DNA from: Hyphochytrium catenoides
Lineage: Eukaryota; Protista; Hyphochytriomycota
Direction of reading: 5' to 3'
DNA: 64,000 nucleotides
Assembly (NCBI GenBank): GCA_900088475.1
Contig: FLMG01000120.1
Span: 11,456-75,455 of the forward strand
The translations under genes and the position numbers were made by a program. Under the pieces are notes generated by a model. The model saw only the letters and a list, made by a program, of their open reading frames with translations, was not told the origin of the DNA and did no database searches. Of this stretch, positions 61,069 to 64,000 are shown one piece after another (position 1 is the stretch's first letter; each line of letters begins with the position of its first letter).

Positions 61069-63124
61069 GATACTCTGAAGGTGGCAGCAAAGAGATAGAG
61101 GGCTTGCAAGGAGGATTGAGAGAAAGCTCACATAAATTTGGCAGGAGGAAGTGAAGCCTCAGGAGAGACGAAGAGAGGAAAGGAGACAACAAAAGAGAAA
61201 GCAATAGCTCACCTCTTCCTGCTCAGCAGGTAAAGACTTCTTTCTTGCCTCGCTCCTAACGTCTCTAAAGATGATGGCTCGTCTCTTTCCTTGTCTTCCT
61301 CTCTCATTTCTCTGGATGATACTGATCGCCTCTTCGAGAGTCATCTGATCACACGGAACAACCAGCAGCGAAAATGCGCCAAGACAATAGAGTGAGAGAG
61401 GTGGCGAAGTGAGGAGAGAAAGGTAGAGAGAAGTAGAGGAGAAGAATGAAGAGAGAGAAGAGAAAGAGAGAAAGAGAGAGAGATAACCAGAACAAGACAG
61501 AGGACATGGCAGATGAGAAGTTGTATGGAAGAAACCAGGAGGGGAAGGAGAAAGAGGCTTCGAACGGAGCGCCTGCCGCACATTTTGCGTGAAAGCCTCT
61601 GAGTTCGCCTCAAAGAGTGGGAGGAAGAGCTTCTGTGTCTGCTTGAGGTTCATATAGCCCTCAATGAGCTGCAGAGAGAACATCAGTGAGCATCCTCTCG
61701 GTCTCTTTCCAAGATTTGTCACCCTCTAGGTCTGGTCTTCACATTTCAATCTCTCTCTCTCTCTCTCTCTCTCNNNNNNNNNNNNNNNNNNNNNNNNNNN
61801 NNNNNNNNNNNNCTCTCTACTTCCCTAGTCCGACTCTCTCTCTCTCTCTCTCCATACTAGACCTCAGGCTGCCGTACCTTCTCTCTCCCTCGCAGTTGTT
61901 TCTCATTATCTTCCTTGAAGTACCGTGGGATGGGCACTTCCATCTCCTGCGGTAGGACCTTGAGGTCGACCAGGATGTCTAAGACGGTGAGAGAAAGGAA
62001 AAGGTCGGGACTGTCAGTTTGTCCTGGGAAGGCAAGACCATGGGAGGGAGATGATTGACACAGAGAGAGAGAGACAGAGAGAGAGAGAAGGGTACCGATG
62101 TAGAGAGAGATTGGGAAGACAAGAGAGGATAGCAGGCGATGGACAAATTCCTGGAAAGCAGACAGAGAGACGGTGAACTTGGGTCGCAGGATAAAATCTC
62201 CGACATAAAGAGACAAGGCGAGAGGCTGTAAAGAGAGAGAAGAGACACTGAGAGAGGTCATAGAAAATGGAAGGAAGTTTAATCGTCATACTGAGGAAAG
62301 ATAGAAACACGGGAAGAAAGAGAGGGCAGCAATCCTGCTGATAAGCTACCATCAAGGTTGACATAGTCCCAAGGAAAACTTCTCTCTGGCGTGGTCTTGA
62401 CGTCGGGATTGGGAGGATTCCACTTCACTAGCAGGTGCTTCAGCTCTACGAGTCGGCACTAGAACCATCGAGGGCGTTGTCGAGAGAGAGAGAAACCAGA
62501 AAAGGAGAAAGAGACAGAGAGGACAGAGAGAGAGAGAGAGGGAGAGAGAGAGAGAGGATACGAGCGTTAAGACACACTGAGGAGAAGAGACAAGAAGAGA
62601 GAGCTGATCTGAGTCAGGAAAGAAGAAAAGAAGAGTCTTAGGGTGTATTGCAGTACAAATCAAACTAGTTTGGAAGAGAGAGAGAAAGAGAGAGAGCTAG
62701 CGATTCTTTTGTCTCGTCTTCTGTCCCTGTTCTTGTGTCCTGCGTCTTACCATGACAATTTCGAGGACATTCTTCACGTCTAATCGCTTCTGAGGATGGA
62801 TCATCTGGTCATAGCAACGTTCTAGCACTCGAAAGATATGCATGTACTGCACATAGAGACAGCCATAGTGCGTGAAGGCCTCTGCAATCGAGACAGAGAC
62901 AGTCTACGGCACGAGAAGATGAGAAGGTTAGAAGAAGGTGAGAGTCCGAAGAAAGAAGCAGTCTACAGAGGAAGGATTGAGCAAGACAGGACAGGATAAA
63001 CCGAGACTAGGACAAAGTTACAACGCAAAAGAGAAGAGAAAGGGAGGAAAAAGAGCGATCGAAGAGAGAGAGAGAGAGAAGGAGAGAAAGAGAGAGAGAG
63101 AAAGAGAGAAAGAGAGAGAGAGAA

Positions 63125-63155
<31 letters not shown>

Positions 63156-63512
63156 AAGAGAGACGGAGAGAGGGAGAAAAAGAGAGAGACAGAGAAAGAG
63201 GAAGAAAAAGTAAGAGAGAGAGAGAGAGAGATTAGAGAGACGGGGCGTAAGGCAGCGGATGATAAAAGTGGGGGAGCAGAGCCCAGCAAAGATCGAGAGA
63301 AGCCACATACTGATGGGTGAGGGGTCTGGCCCTCGGACAGTCCATAGTTGGGATCCTCCACGTGCACCTGGTCATCCAGCTCACCCATCACCTGCTGCCA
63401 TTCTCGGTCGTACGTCCTACAACGAAGAGAAGGCAAGACGGAAAAGAGACCAGTGAGACCACTGAGCTGACACGTCGGTCCAAAAGGGTGGAGCATCCTA
63501 CGCGTTTGCCAT
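55407..63512 (-). CDS. DRC11: DRC11/IQCA1 (IQ + AAA ATPase, nexin-dynein regulatory complex), multi-exon
   Basis: MANA|TYDREWQQVMGELDDQVHVEDP; YVQYMHIFRVLERCYDQMIHPQKRLDVKNVLEIVM; DILVDLKVLPQEMEVPIPRYF; MTLEEAISIIQRNERGRQG; IQ AASNIQRIFRGY; AELIFIGM; Walker A SILFYGPRGSGKT; VIYIDEVE; K/G-rich C-terminus. Confidence 0.93.
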
Positions 63513-63809
63513 TCTTCCTTAGCAGAGCGCAACCAACGACGGCGCTGATGATCTTCTTCCTTTCACTGCAAGCAAATAAGGATTAGCGCTCTGGAGCCTT
63601 ACAGCTCACTGGAACCATCAGCTCCCGATGACGGACTGGTCTTCGCCTCTTGACCGCTAGTGGTCTATCGTAGCTTGTACGACGATCCAGGCGAGCCTCC
63701 TCTTTCGTTCCAAGTGAAGCCGTCTGTTTAGAACTCGCTCCGACTTCAGTGATGGACTATATCCTCCTAGGCGATTGACAGCTACCGACGTATGGCAAAG
63801 CTTGCCCCA

Positions 63810-63856
63810 AGAAGAGAGAAATGAGGGAAAGGGAGAAAGAGAGAGAAAGAGAGAAC

Positions 63857-63890
<34 letters not shown>

Positions 63891-63945
63891 GAGAAAGAAA
63901 AAGAGAGAGAAAGAAAAAGAGAGGGAAAGAAAAAGAGAGAGAAAG

Positions 63946-63982
<37 letters not shown>

Positions 63983-64000
63983 AACAGAGAGAGAGAGAGA
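63810..64000. repeat. GA-rich microsatellite running to the window end
   Basis: Nearly pure purine (GA/GAAA) tract. Confidence 0.9.

Overview
Intron-rich eukaryotic nuclear DNA (~50% GC, GT-AG introns, four short N gaps), most consistent with a flagellated stramenopile/SAR protist. That placement is inferred from a mitochondrion-targeted TPI-GAPDH fusion plus ciliary genes. In order, the window holds: the 3' end of a P4-ATPase flippase followed by a DysF domain, aspartate kinase, ASH2L/Bre2-like SPRY protein, CEP164, a PLAC8 protein, serine/threonine dehydratase, CEP89 and AAR2. A gene-poor segment (22-33 kb) follows, with retrotransposon debris and three intronless genes of bacterial-like families (Phi-1/EXORDIUM-like, GlpF-type aquaglyceroporin, secretory Methyltransf_24). 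After it come a small TPD52/LEA-like gene, PGK, a CUEDC2-like gene, TPI-GAPDH, a giant EF-hand/IQ/WW protein and DRC11/IQCA1. The strongest system-level signal is a physically linked mitochondrial glycolysis module: PGK (presequence hidden by an intron) and TPI-GAPDH within 7.2 kb. Other candidates are a possible flippase-DysF fusion, linkage of two distal-appendage genes, and introns bracketed by complementary GA/CT tracts in the right third. All gene models and family assignments are manual motif recognition; no database search was run.
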